Source: an uncultured Clostridia bacterium (GTDB lineage: Bacteria > Bacillota > Clostridia > Oscillospirales > CAG-272). From it: a DNA stretch of 43,134 nucleotides. Below are positions 27,716-36,922 of the stretch, one piece after another; position 1 is the stretch's first letter; each line of letters begins with the position of its first letter. The stretch covers positions 1 to 43,134 of the forward strand of contig CANRNZ010000003.1 in the NCBI GenBank assembly GCA_947632135.1, given 5' to 3'. The notes under the pieces were generated by a model, which saw only the letters and a program-made list of their open reading frames with translations, made no database searches and was not told the origin of the DNA. The position numbers and the translations under genes were made by a program.

Positions 27716-28453
27716 TCAAACGCCGCGCCGATTTGTCACTATACGGTAATAATCCATTATTTTGTCAAGCCTGTGCTTGACGCCCGATTTCGATATCGGC
27801 GGGTTGTGAAGCGAGGCGAGAGACGCTATCGACGCCGTGTCGTTCTCTACTCTGAGGCGAGCCGTTTCGCGCAGCTCCTCGGACATGCCGCCAAGGTATC
27901 CGTTATCGGTAAGATATTGGATTGCGTGTATATACGGTATCACCGCTACCGCGGTTTTCTGTATGTTTGCCGTTTCGAAATTGTTCTGCCTGTTTATCCC
28001 GCCGCGAACTTCCTTTACAAGCTTTAAATTCATCATATCAAAGGCTGTAGACTGCGCTCCGAGGGTCGCAAAAAAATCCTCGATACCCCCGCTGTCCTTA
28101 AAGTAAAGAGTAAATCTGTCGCGTCTCGTTCCGCGCTTTGCATTCAGTCCGAACTCGCTCAGAGTATCGCATACAAAGTCGCGAAAATCGCGGTCGCGAA
28201 AGGACATCTCAAGGTGATAGCTTTTTTCGGGCGCCGTGACCGTTCCGAATTTTATAAACATCTGCCTCAAAAATACAAGGCTGCACTCGCGGCATAGCGC
28301 CGAGTTTTCCGCTTCCCTCAGCGCGTCATAGTCAACATCTCCGCCCTCAAGCGCTTCCCTCAGTTTTTTCTCCGTCCTGCGGCAGCACCCTTTTTTCGGA
28401 GTTATCCCGGACAGGATATCCTTTGTCTTTTTACTGAAGCTTATTTCCTTCAT
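27716..28453 (-). CDS. whiA: DNA-binding protein WhiA (short form)
   Basis: SFSKKTK..L, FLRQMF..GTVTAPEKSYHLE, INRQNNFETANIQKT, PPISKSGVKHRL. Confidence 0.92.
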   Translation of the reverse strand: MKEISFSKKTKDILSGITPKKGCCRRTEKKLREALEGGDVDYDALREAENSALCRECSLVFLRQMFIKFGTVTAPEKSYHLEMSFRDRDFRDFVCDTLSEFGLNAKRGTRRDRFTLYFKDSGGIEDFFATLGAQSTAFDMMNLKLVKEVRGGINRQNNFETANIQKTAVAVIPYIHAIQYLTDNGYLGGMSEELRETARLRVENDTASIASLASLHNPPISKSGVKHRLDKIMDYYRIVTNRRGV

Positions 28454-28542
28454 ATCAATTATTCATTCCGTTATCCATACGTCTCTATATTCGCATATCA
28501 GTTATCAAGCTCGGCTTGACTTTCAAAAACCGGATTGTGCTC

Positions 28543-29466
28543 TTACTCTATGTAAATAATTTCTGTCTCTATTTCAATCCCGTATACTTTGAATATTTTT
28601 TCTTTTACAATTTTTATAAGAGAGAGAACGTCGTCACACGTCGCGCCCCCCTTGTTTACAATAAATCCCGCATGCTTTTCGGAAACGCACGCTCCGCCGA
28701 CCGAAAAGCCCTTGAGCCCGATCTCGTCTATCATCTGCGCAGTGTATCTTCCGGGATATCTTTTAAAAACGCTTCCCGCGCTCGGATATTCAAGAGGCTG
28801 CTTTTCCTTTCGCCTTTCCATATAGCTGTCCGCTTCCCGCTTTATTTCCTCTTTATCACCGCAAAGCAGCTTGAATTCGGCTGAAATTATCACTCTTTCG
28901 GGGTGCTCCATGTAAGAGGAATGTCTGTATGAAAAGTCATGCTCTTCAAGAGATATAGAAGAAGTTTCGCCTGTGCATCTGTCGTAATATGTGCTGCCCG
29001 AAAGAACACACGAGACTTCCCCGTTGTATGCTCCAGCGTTCATGTAGACCGCGCCGCCGACGCTTCCGGGAATACCGTATGCAAAGGCAAGGCCCGAAAG
29101 AGATGCGTCGGTCGCCGCGCGGGAAACCGCGGTAAATGAAGCCCCCGCGCCGCAAAATATTGACTCTCCTTCAATTTTTATGCTTGACATTTCGGAAAGC
29201 GAAATCACAGCCCCCGAAAATCCGCAGTCGCAAAACAGGACGTTTGTCCCCCTGCCGAGAATATATGTCCTGACGTCTCGTTTTTTTGCGCAGTCAAGAG
29301 TATATTTCAAAGCTTCAAAATCTCTTGGGCAGATAAAGAGCCTTGCGGGGCCTCCTATTTTAAACGACGTGTGATTTTTCATCGGTTCGTTTTCGATAAA
29401 TGTAAGCGCGCCGCCGCGTGCCGAAAACGAGGTGACGTCCGATACAAGCTCGCAGAATTTGTCCAT
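28543..29466 (-). CDS. murB: UDP-N-acetylenolpyruvoylglucosamine reductase
   Basis: HTSFKIGGPA, GIPGSVGGAVYMNAGAY, KQPLEYPSAGSVFKR, VSEKHAGFIVN. Confidence 0.97.
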   Translation of the reverse strand: MDKFCELVSDVTSFSARGGALTFIENEPMKNHTSFKIGGPARLFICPRDFEALKYTLDCAKKRDVRTYILGRGTNVLFCDCGFSGAVISLSEMSSIKIEGESIFCGAGASFTAVSRAATDASLSGLAFAYGIPGSVGGAVYMNAGAYNGEVSCVLSGSTYYDRCTGETSSISLEEHDFSYRHSSYMEHPERVIISAEFKLLCGDKEEIKREADSYMERRKEKQPLEYPSAGSVFKRYPGRYTAQMIDEIGLKGFSVGGACVSEKHAGFIVNKGGATCDDVLSLIKIVKEKIFKVYGIEIETEIIYIE

Positions 29467-29574
29467 AGAACTCCTTAATATATAATTATACCCGCCTTGT
29501 TTAAATACAAACAGTTTTTTTGAATAATCTCAAACAGCCGAAATAATCGCCGAACTAAGGTCATGTCTTAAATT

Positions 29575-30258
29575 TTAAAGAAGAATATCTTTAAGCGATA
29601 ACAAAGAGTGAACGGTGTATGTCGGTTCAATACCGCAATCATGCGAAACGCGTGAGTAGAGGCAGGAGTCAAGCCCCGCGTTTTTTGCGCCGAGAATATC
29701 GGAGGACGGAGAGTCCCCGATAACAAGATAGCGCTCACGCTCAAAGTCTCCTATGTCGGCTATCACCTTGTCAAAAAAGTCGGCAGAAGGCTTTGCCGTC
29801 CCAAACTCCTCCGATATGTATATCTTATCGAAAAATTTATTAAGGCGCGACGCGCCGAAGCGGCTTTTCTGTGATATTGCAAGACCGTTCGTTATTACAT
29901 ATATTTTATACTTTTCGTAAAGCGATGAGAGAATTTCAAACGCGCCGTCAGTCTCATATCTTTGCTCGGAAAGCGACGTTTCATATTTTTTTGAAACCTC
30001 GACATACGGCGCATTGTATAAGCCGTGACATTCAAAAAGTCTTTTGTAACGCTCGACCCTCAGAATATCGCGTGTTGTGAGCCCTTTTTCAAAATCCTTC
30101 CAAAGGGCGTCGTTTATCATGTGGTATTCGTCGGCGACGGACGGCGAGAACTCAAGAGGAGAGCCGCAAAGAGCGATTTGCAGCGCCTCGTATTCGCACC
30201 TGTCAAAATCGAAAAGAGTGTTGTCGGCGTCAAAAAGAAGATATCTGTACTTTGACAT
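29575..30258 (-). CDS. HAD-superfamily YjjG-type pyrimidine nucleotidase
   Basis: LLFDADNTLFDF, VITNG, SEE.G..KP, IGDSPSSDILGA. Confidence 0.87.
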   Translation of the reverse strand: MSKYRYLLFDADNTLFDFDRCEYEALQIALCGSPLEFSPSVADEYHMINDALWKDFEKGLTTRDILRVERYKRLFECHGLYNAPYVEVSKKYETSLSEQRYETDGAFEILSSLYEKYKIYVITNGLAISQKSRFGASRLNKFFDKIYISEEFGTAKPSADFFDKVIADIGDFERERYLVIGDSPSSDILGAKNAGLDSCLYSRVSHDCGIEPTYTVHSLLSLKDILL

Positions 30259-30352
30259 ATCAATAAAATTTTATTATAAAAATATTGTATTATTCTTATT
30301 ATTCGTATTGCTCGCGCTGTCGCGTCGGTTGCATTATTATTTTACGCCGCGC

Positions 30353-31576
30353 TTATTTCAGAACTATTCTGTGATATGTTTTCTTTCCCTTTTTTATGAT
30401 GAGCGACTCGCCTATCTCATCCAAGGTGACAAAGGCGTCAAAGCGCTCTGCCTTTGAGTCGTTTATAAGCACTCCTCCCTGCTGTATAAGGCGTTTCGCC
30501 TCTCCCTTTGACGGCGCAAGCTTTGCCTTTACAAGCAAATCGGACACAAATATTTTTCCGTCAGTAAAATCAGCCGCCGAGAGCTCCGTTGTCGGCATAT
30601 CGTCCGATACGCCGCCTGCGGCAAATACCTTTTTCGCGCTTTCCTCGGCCTTTCTCGCCTCGTCCTCACCGTGAATGACAGCCGTCACCTCGTATGCGAG
30701 TTTTTCCTTTGCGCGGTTTATTTCGCTTCCCTCAAGCTTTTCGTACTCGGCAATTTCGGACAGCGGCATGAATGTCAGCATTTTCATGCAGTTTATAACG
30801 TCGGCGTCGTCGATATTTCTCCAGTACTGGTAGAAATCGTAAGGCGAGGTCTTTTCGGGGTCAAGCCACAGAGCGCCCTTTTCTGTTTTGCCCATTTTCT
30901 TGCCCTCGCTTGTGAGCAGGAGCTTGAACGTCAGACCGTAGACCTCTTTTCCCGTCTTGCGCCGTATAAGCTCGACGCCGCCTATTATGTTCGACCACTG
31001 GTCGTCGCCGCCGAATTCAAGAGTACAGCCGTAGTCGCTGTAGAGCTTGTAAAAATCGTAGCTCTGCATTGTCATATAATTGAATTCCATGAACGTAAGT
31101 CCCTTTTCAAGCCGGGACTTGTAGCACTCCGCCGCGAGCATACGGCTTATTGTAAAGTGAGGTCCGACCTCTCTCAGATAGTCGATATAGTTCATATTCA
31201 TAAGCCAATCGGCGTTATTTATAAACAGCGCCTTGCCGTCGGATATGTCGATAAATCTTGACATTTGCTTTTTGAAGCACTCGACATTGTGCTCAATCGT
31301 TTCCTTTGTCATCATTTTGCGCATATCGTTTTTTCCTGTGGGGTCGCCGATCATCGCCGTGCCGCCGCCGAAAACCGCAATCGGACGGTGGCCCGCTCTC
31401 TGCATGTGCGCCATTATTTTCAGCTGGATAAAATGACCTATGTGAAGGCTGTCAGCCGTCGGGTCAAAGCCTATATAAAACGTGAGCTTTTCGTTTTCAA
31501 AAAGGCGTTTTACCTCGTCCTCGTTCGTACACTGGGCTATCATGCCCCTTGCCTTAAACTCGTCAAAAAGATTCAT
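30353..31576 (-). CDS. tyrS: Tyrosine--tRNA ligase
   Basis: YIGFDPTADSLHIGH, GGDDQWSNI, KMGKT, C-terminal S4 domain. Confidence 0.98.
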   Translation of the reverse strand: MNLFDEFKARGMIAQCTNEDEVKRLFENEKLTFYIGFDPTADSLHIGHFIQLKIMAHMQRAGHRPIAVFGGGTAMIGDPTGKNDMRKMMTKETIEHNVECFKKQMSRFIDISDGKALFINNADWLMNMNYIDYLREVGPHFTISRMLAAECYKSRLEKGLTFMEFNYMTMQSYDFYKLYSDYGCTLEFGGDDQWSNIIGGVELIRRKTGKEVYGLTFKLLLTSEGKKMGKTEKGALWLDPEKTSPYDFYQYWRNIDDADVINCMKMLTFMPLSEIAEYEKLEGSEINRAKEKLAYEVTAVIHGEDEARKAEESAKKVFAAGGVSDDMPTTELSAADFTDGKIFVSDLLVKAKLAPSKGEAKRLIQQGGVLINDSKAERFDAFVTLDEIGESLIIKKGKKTYHRIVLK

Positions 31577-31645
31577 TTCGGTGTTTTGCGGCGTCTTTTT
31601 TTGCCGCTCTCCTTTCGGTATGTGTGATTTATGCAGCTATAATAG

Positions 31646-31712
31646 GTGTATTTTAAATGTGTTTTCAGTGTATTTTCAGTATATTTTAAATGTACTTGTA
31701 AGTATATTTTAA
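31646..31712. repeat. Degenerate 11-nt tandem array (about 6 units, RTRTRTTTTMA) in the recN-tyrS spacer
   Basis: gtgtattttaa atgtgttttca gtgtattttca gtatattttaa atgtacttgta a gtatattttaa. Confidence 0.85.
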
Positions 31713-31714
31713 AT

Positions 31715-33418
31715 CTACATTTTGATTTTTGCTTTTTCAAGCATTTCGACAGCCGCTCTCACCTGTTTTTCGGTGATGTTAATTCCGCCGATTATCCTTG
31801 AGAGCTCCTTTACTCTCCCGTCTCTGTCAAGCGGTGTGACAAAGCTTTCGACACGTCCGTTTGTCTCATGCTTTGAAATTTTTATGTGGCAGTCGGCAAG
31901 AGAGGCGATTTGAGCCGAATGGGTAATACATATGACCTGCGCGCTTTTTGACATATCGCGAAGCTTGAGTCCTATTCTCTCCGAGGTGGCGCCCGAAACG
32001 CCGGCGTCTATTTCGTCGAAAACAGACGTTCCCTCTCCGCTTTTGACAAGCATACAGCTCTTTATCGCGAGCATTATTCTTGACAGTTCGCCTCCCGAGG
32101 CGATTTTCGATATCGGCAGCATATCCTCGCCGATATTGGGGCTTACGTAAAAGTCGACGTCGTCGTATCCGAATGAATCAAAAACGTATCCGCCCTTCCC
32201 GTCATGCCTCGGCTGCACCTTTATGCAAAACGTGACCTTCGGCATATCAAGCTCGCGCAGAACAGCCGAAATTTTTTCGTTCAGTACGGTCGACGCGTCA
32301 TTCCTTTTTTTGGAAATAGATGACGCCGCAGCGGCCGCCTTCATTTTCAATTCTTCTATCTGTCTTTCGAGGTCCTCGGTGGCGACCTCCCCGCTCTCGA
32401 GCTCTTTTAAACGCTGAGTCAGCTCCGCGTGCTTTTCTATTACGTCCGATATTTCGGGGCCGTACTTTTTTGTCGCCTTTCGAATGATCGTAAGCCTTTT
32501 TTCAACAAGGTCGAGCCGACGCTCGGGGTCCTCGCCGCCGTCGATTGACGACTCATCCTCTACCCTTTCGGCGATATCGGAAAGCTCATATCTTAAAGCG
32601 TCAAGCCTTGAGGCAATCTCCTCGGCGCCCTCTATGACCCCGTCGAGAGCCCGCACGGCGGACGATGCTCTCTCGAGCATATAAGAGGCGCTGACACCTT
32701 TCTCGTTGTCCAAAAGCGCTCTCTTTACGACCGATACGTTTTTCGTTATTTTCTCAATACTGCGCAGCTTTTCACGCAGCCGCAAAAGCTTTTCTTCTTC
32801 TTCGACGTCCGAAAGACGCGCCGACTCTATTTCTTTTATCTGATATTTCAGTATATCAAGCATCATCTCCCTGTCGGAAAGAGACGCTTTCAGCCTTTCG
32901 AGCTTTTTTTCGCACTCGCAGAGCTCCTTATATATTTTTTCAAAATCAGCAAGCTCTTTGTCGTTTGAAATATATCTGTCGAGCAGGGCGCGAAGCTCTC
33001 CCTTTTCCGACAGAATACCGCTGTCTTTTTGACCGTGTATTGTAAGAAGCGCCGCCGCCGCCATTTTCAGAAGCGAGACAGAAACGCTTTTGCCGTTTAT
33101 TTTGACGGCGCTTTTGCCGTCCTGTGTGAGAGTCCGCGATATGAGAAGCTCGCCGTTCTCGTCGGGAGGCGCGCCTATCTCATCAAGATATTCCTTTTTT
33201 TCGCTTAGCTCGGAAAAAAGCGCCGTGACCTCGGAACGGCTCTCTCCCGTTCGTATCATATCCTTTGAGCCCTTCTCGCCGAGCGCGAAGGCTATACTGT
33301 CAATTATAACGGACTTGCCAGCTCCCGTCTCTCCGGTTATTACGGTAAAGCCGCCCTCAAGGTCAAGACTGAGTTCTTTAATTACAGCAACATTGCTGAC
33401 AGTCAACGATTTCAGCAT
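31715..33418 (-). CDS. recN: DNA repair protein RecN
   Basis: ITGETGAGKS, IHGQ, ASGGELSRIMLAIK, FDEIDAGVSG, ICITHSAQIA; ATG 33418 after GAGGA. Confidence 0.97.
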   Translation of the reverse strand: MLKSLTVSNVAVIKELSLDLEGGFTVITGETGAGKSVIIDSIAFALGEKGSKDMIRTGESRSEVTALFSELSEKKEYLDEIGAPPDENGELLISRTLTQDGKSAVKINGKSVSVSLLKMAAAALLTIHGQKDSGILSEKGELRALLDRYISNDKELADFEKIYKELCECEKKLERLKASLSDREMMLDILKYQIKEIESARLSDVEEEEKLLRLREKLRSIEKITKNVSVVKRALLDNEKGVSASYMLERASSAVRALDGVIEGAEEIASRLDALRYELSDIAERVEDESSIDGGEDPERRLDLVEKRLTIIRKATKKYGPEISDVIEKHAELTQRLKELESGEVATEDLERQIEELKMKAAAAASSISKKRNDASTVLNEKISAVLRELDMPKVTFCIKVQPRHDGKGGYVFDSFGYDDVDFYVSPNIGEDMLPISKIASGGELSRIMLAIKSCMLVKSGEGTSVFDEIDAGVSGATSERIGLKLRDMSKSAQVICITHSAQIASLADCHIKISKHETNGRVESFVTPLDRDGRVKELSRIIGGINITEKQVRAAVEMLEKAKIKM

Positions 33419-33501
33419 TGTAAATTCCTCAAACAATTTAAATCAAATAAAATCAAATCAAATTAAGTTATATACGCGGTATATATAATACTTATGTCTT
33501 G

Positions 33502-33951
33502 TCAGAGCGAAAGGTTTTTAAGCTTTATTACCGTTTCTCTTGCGATATCCTCTGAGCGGGTGAGCGCGAAGATTGTATCGTCTCCCGCGACGCAGCCCAT
33601 TATCTCAATGTCGGACAGAGCGTCGATTCCCGCCGCTACCGCCTGCGCAAGACCGGGATATGTTTTTATAACGACCGTATTGAGCGCGCTGTCAACGCTT
33701 TTGACCGACGCCGCAAATGCCGCCGAATACGCCTGCTGAACTCCCTCGCTTTTTGCGCTCGGCGCGGTATACTTGTATTTGCCGCTTTCGGACGTGACCT
33801 TTACGAGCTTCAGCTCTCTTATGTCACGCGACACCGTCGCCTGAGTTACCTTAAAGCCCGCCCCGGCAAGAGCCGCGATAAGCTCCTCCTGTGTTTCTAT
33901 ATCCTTATCGGAAATGATTTCAAGTATTGTTTCATGGCGTTTGCTTTTCAC
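33502..33951 (-). CDS. argR: Arginine repressor
   Basis: TQEEL, VTQATVSRDIREL, GCVAGDDTIF. Confidence 0.97.
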   Translation of the reverse strand: MKSKRHETILEIISDKDIETQEELIAALAGAGFKVTQATVSRDIRELKLVKVTSESGKYKYTAPSAKSEGVQQAYSAAFAASVKSVDSALNTVVIKTYPGLAQAVAAGIDALSDIEIMGCVAGDDTIFALTRSEDIARETVIKLKNLSL

Positions 33952-33983
33952 TTTAATGACTCCTTATTTTCAAAGACTTTTAT

Positions 33984-34874
33984 TCAAAGACTTCCGCTTT
34001 CCATTTCGGTAATTTTTCGGTGGAGCACGCTGACAAATCCCCCGCTTTTTACCTTGACAAGACGGGTTTTTTTGAGGCTCTTCTTTATGACGACAACGTC
34101 GCCCGAGAATATTTCCGTATTTTCTCTTCCGTCGGCAGTTATAAACATGCTGTTCTCCCTGCACACGGCGTTCTTTATCTCTATAACGGAATCACCCATA
34201 AGCACAAGAGGTCTGAGAGTGAACGAATGCGGGCAGATTGGGGTCGCCAGTATGCACTCCATCGACTGGGAAACAAGAGGCCCCCCCGCCGACATGGAAT
34301 AGGCGCTCGAACCGGTCGGAGTGGAAATCACAATACCGTCCGCAGAGTAGCGTGAAATATAAATCCCGTCGCAATACAAATCAAAGCCCGAAAGCCTTGA
34401 AACGGGTGCGTTTGAAAGTACGACGTCATTGAGACACGGATACGGGAGATATGTTTCATTTCCGTTTCTTATGACCGAAACATCGAGCATCATGCGCTCG
34501 TCCGTTTCGAAATTCCCCTCGATTATTTGTTTAAGAAGGGACGTCTCGCTTACCTCAAGCTCGGCAAGAAATCCGAGCCTTCCGAAATTTATTCCGACGA
34601 TCGGAATATTATACTCCGCCGAGGTCCTTGCGACCTCGATAACGGAGCCGTCGCCGCCCATAACGATAATAAGCTCCGAGCCGTCGAAAAGCTCTTCCCT
34701 GCTGGCCGATATTACAGCGCCGCTGTGGAAAAAAGCGCTTTTCTCGTACCTTTTCTCCAGCTTCACGCGGCAGGAAAGAGAAGAAAGAATATCAAGTATT
34801 TTTTCAATCTCGGCGTCCGGAATATGCTTTTTTTCTCCCGGCACAAGTGTCACGTTTTTAATCGGTTTCATCAT
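33984..34874 (-). CDS. nadK: NAD(+) kinase
   Basis: MGGDGS, GRLGFL, LND, ADGIVISTPTGSSAYSMSAGGP. Confidence 0.96.
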   Translation of the reverse strand: MMKPIKNVTLVPGEKKHIPDAEIEKILDILSSLSCRVKLEKRYEKSAFFHSGAVISASREELFDGSELIIVMGGDGSVIEVARTSAEYNIPIVGINFGRLGFLAELEVSETSLLKQIIEGNFETDERMMLDVSVIRNGNETYLPYPCLNDVVLSNAPVSRLSGFDLYCDGIYISRYSADGIVISTPTGSSAYSMSAGGPLVSQSMECILATPICPHSFTLRPLVLMGDSVIEIKNAVCRENSMFITADGRENTEIFSGDVVVIKKSLKKTRLVKVKSGGFVSVLHRKITEMESGSL

Positions 34875-35686
34875 TTTTTCCTTTTTTGATTTCCGTCGGT
34901 TTTTGCCGCTTGGCTCATGAGCGCCTCGTGTATGTATTTATCAAAGTCGGAACTGACGCCGCACTTTTTCATATATGCGAGGAACTCCGTGTTCCCGTCT
35001 CCCCCTGTAATCGGAGACCTTATTATCCCGCACACGGAAAAACCGCACTGCGCGGCGGCGGCGCAGACTTTTCTCAGAGCCATGGCGTGGTACTTTCCGT
35101 CCCGCACTATCCCGCCTTTTGAAAGAGCGTTTTTCCCGCACTCGAACTGGGGCTTTATAAGGGTAATAAAAATCCCGCCGTCACACAGGACGGAGTATAC
35201 GTTTTCGATTATGTAGGTCTGAGATATAAATGAAAGGTCGCATACGGCAACGGAGCACGTCTCCCCGATAAGGCTCGGCGATATGAGTCGAGCGTTGCAG
35301 CCCTCCATGTTTACAACTCTCTCATCATTGCGCAGCGACATATGAAGCTGTCCGTGACCCGAGTCGACGGCGTAAACCTTTGACGCGCCTTTTCGAAGAA
35401 GGCAATCAGTAAATCCTCCCGTGGACGCGCCGACGTCGACGGCGACGGCGCCCGTCATATCGAGCCCGAAAAAGTTAATCGCCGCCTCAAGCTTTATCCC
35501 GCCGCGCCCGACGAATGAGTAAAGCTCGCGTGATACCTCGACGCGCTCCCCTTCCTCCGCGACGTCAAAGGACGCCTTCTCAACAGTTATCCCGTTTACC
35601 TTGACGCATTTGTTCTTTATCAGCTCCGCGGCGTAGCTCCTGCTTTTTGCAAGCCCATTTTTTGAAAGATAAATGTCAAGTCTCAT
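34871..35686 (-). CDS. tlyA: TlyA family rRNA (cytidine-2'-O)-methyltransferase
   Basis: S4 domain MRLD, GRGGIKL, DVGASTGGFTDCLL, DLSFIS, LIKPQFE, SPITGGDGNTEF. Confidence 0.96.
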   Translation of the reverse strand: MRLDIYLSKNGLAKSRSYAAELIKNKCVKVNGITVEKASFDVAEEGERVEVSRELYSFVGRGGIKLEAAINFFGLDMTGAVAVDVGASTGGFTDCLLRKGASKVYAVDSGHGQLHMSLRNDERVVNMEGCNARLISPSLIGETCSVAVCDLSFISQTYIIENVYSVLCDGGIFITLIKPQFECGKNALSKGGIVRDGKYHAMALRKVCAAAAQCGFSVCGIIRSPITGGDGNTEFLAYMKKCGVSSDFDKYIHEALMSQAAKTDGNQKRKK

Positions 35687-35715
35687 TTTCGGCTGTTTAA
35701 GCGCTTTTGGCGTTT

Positions 35716-36600
35716 CTAATTTTTTCTGCCGTTAAGGTAGATTGGGAATGCCGAAAGAAAGTCGGAGGAGGGATACTTCCCGATTATTTTCGACGCATCA
35801 ATAGAGAGTCTTTCGCATTCCGCCTCTGCATCCTCTTTTGAAAGAAAGGTCAGAGCGTTGACTCTCCCGTTTTTCTCGTCGACGCCGACAGCCTTTCCGA
35901 GAAGCGCGGCGTCGCCTTCAAGGTCAAAAAGGTCGTCCCGTATCTGGAAGGCAAGGCCGATACATTCGGAATAATCGGAAATATCCGAAAGTATTTTTTC
36001 ATCCGCGCCGTTTTCTACGGTTGTAAGGTATCCGATTGTTGCCGCGGCCTTTATAAGCGCAGAGGTCTTCATGCTGTGGAGTTTTTTCAGCTCGGCGTAT
36101 GACGAGCTTTGACCCTCAAGGTCGACCTCCTGACCTCCCGCCATTCCGAGAGTGCCCGACATTTTTGCGAGAAAGTTTACTATTTTTCCGCGGGCAAAAT
36201 CGGACACGCCAAATGCCGCTGAGGCGCACTCCATAGCGTATGTAAGAAGCGCGTCGCCCGCAAGGAGTGCCGTCGCCTCGCCGTATGCGATATGACACGA
36301 CGCTTTTCCCCGTCTCATATCGTCGTCGTCCATGCAGGGGAGGTCGTCGTGGATAAGGGAATAGGCGTGTATCATCTCTACCGCCGACGCGCACTCAAGG
36401 GAAATATCGGCGCTGCCGCCGAAGAGCTTTGAAAACTCGATTGTAAGGCAAGCTCTTATTCTTTTTCCGCCGCCGAGAAGCGAGTATTTCATCGCATCTT
36501 GCAGTCTGCCCGAGCCGATATACTCATCCCCCGTAAGACGGATAAGCTCGTTTTCAATGAGCGCGGCGTTTTCTTTAAGTATTTTTTTGACGCTGTCCAA
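35716..36600 (-). CDS. ispA: Geranyltranstransferase / farnesyl diphosphate synthase
   Basis: GGKRIR, SLIHDDLPCMDDDDMRRG, GGQEVD, AFQIRDD. Start probably TTG 36600 (ORF track gives 36630). Confidence 0.93.
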   Translation of the reverse strand: MDSVKKILKENAALIENELIRLTGDEYIGSGRLQDAMKYSLLGGGKRIRACLTIEFSKLFGGSADISLECASAVEMIHAYSLIHDDLPCMDDDDMRRGKASCHIAYGEATALLAGDALLTYAMECASAAFGVSDFARGKIVNFLAKMSGTLGMAGGQEVDLEGQSSSYAELKKLHSMKTSALIKAAATIGYLTTVENGADEKILSDISDYSECIGLAFQIRDDLFDLEGDAALLGKAVGVDEKNGRVNALTFLSKEDAEAECERLSIDASKIIGKYPSSDFLSAFPIYLNGRKN

Positions 36601-36616
36601 AATAAAATCCCCCGTC

Positions 36617-36922
36617 TCACATGTCGCCAAAGTCGTCGCCGTTGCCTTTCGGCGTGTCGCCGAGAGTCAGCACTTTTACCTTTTGCTCTGCCTTTTCGAG
36701 CTTGTCCGTGCAGTATCTCACAAGCGAGATACCCTCCTCGAAAAGCTTCAGTGACAAATCGAGCTCGGCGTCTCCCTTTTCAAGGGACGAAACTATTTTT
36801 TCAAGGCGGCTCATTGCCTTCTCAAAGCTGATTTCGCGCTCGGTATCCTTGGCTTCATTCGTTTCGGTATTTTCTGTCTTTTCGGTCTTTATATTCTCAT
36901 ATTTTTCACTGTTTTCAGTCAT
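36617..36922 (-). CDS. xseB: Exodeoxyribonuclease VII small subunit with repeat-derived N-terminal extension
   Basis: SFEKAMSRLEKIVSSLE...LSLKLFEEG...CTDKLEKAEQKV. Confidence 0.95.
   Translation of the reverse strand: MTENSEKYENIKTEKTENTETNEAKDTEREISFEKAMSRLEKIVSSLEKGDAELDLSLKLFEEGISLVRYCTDKLEKAEQKVKVLTLGDTPKGNGDDFGDM

Noticed and set aside
28471-28479. TTATCCATA as a DnaA box
   Set aside because: It is a single mismatched copy, expected by chance.
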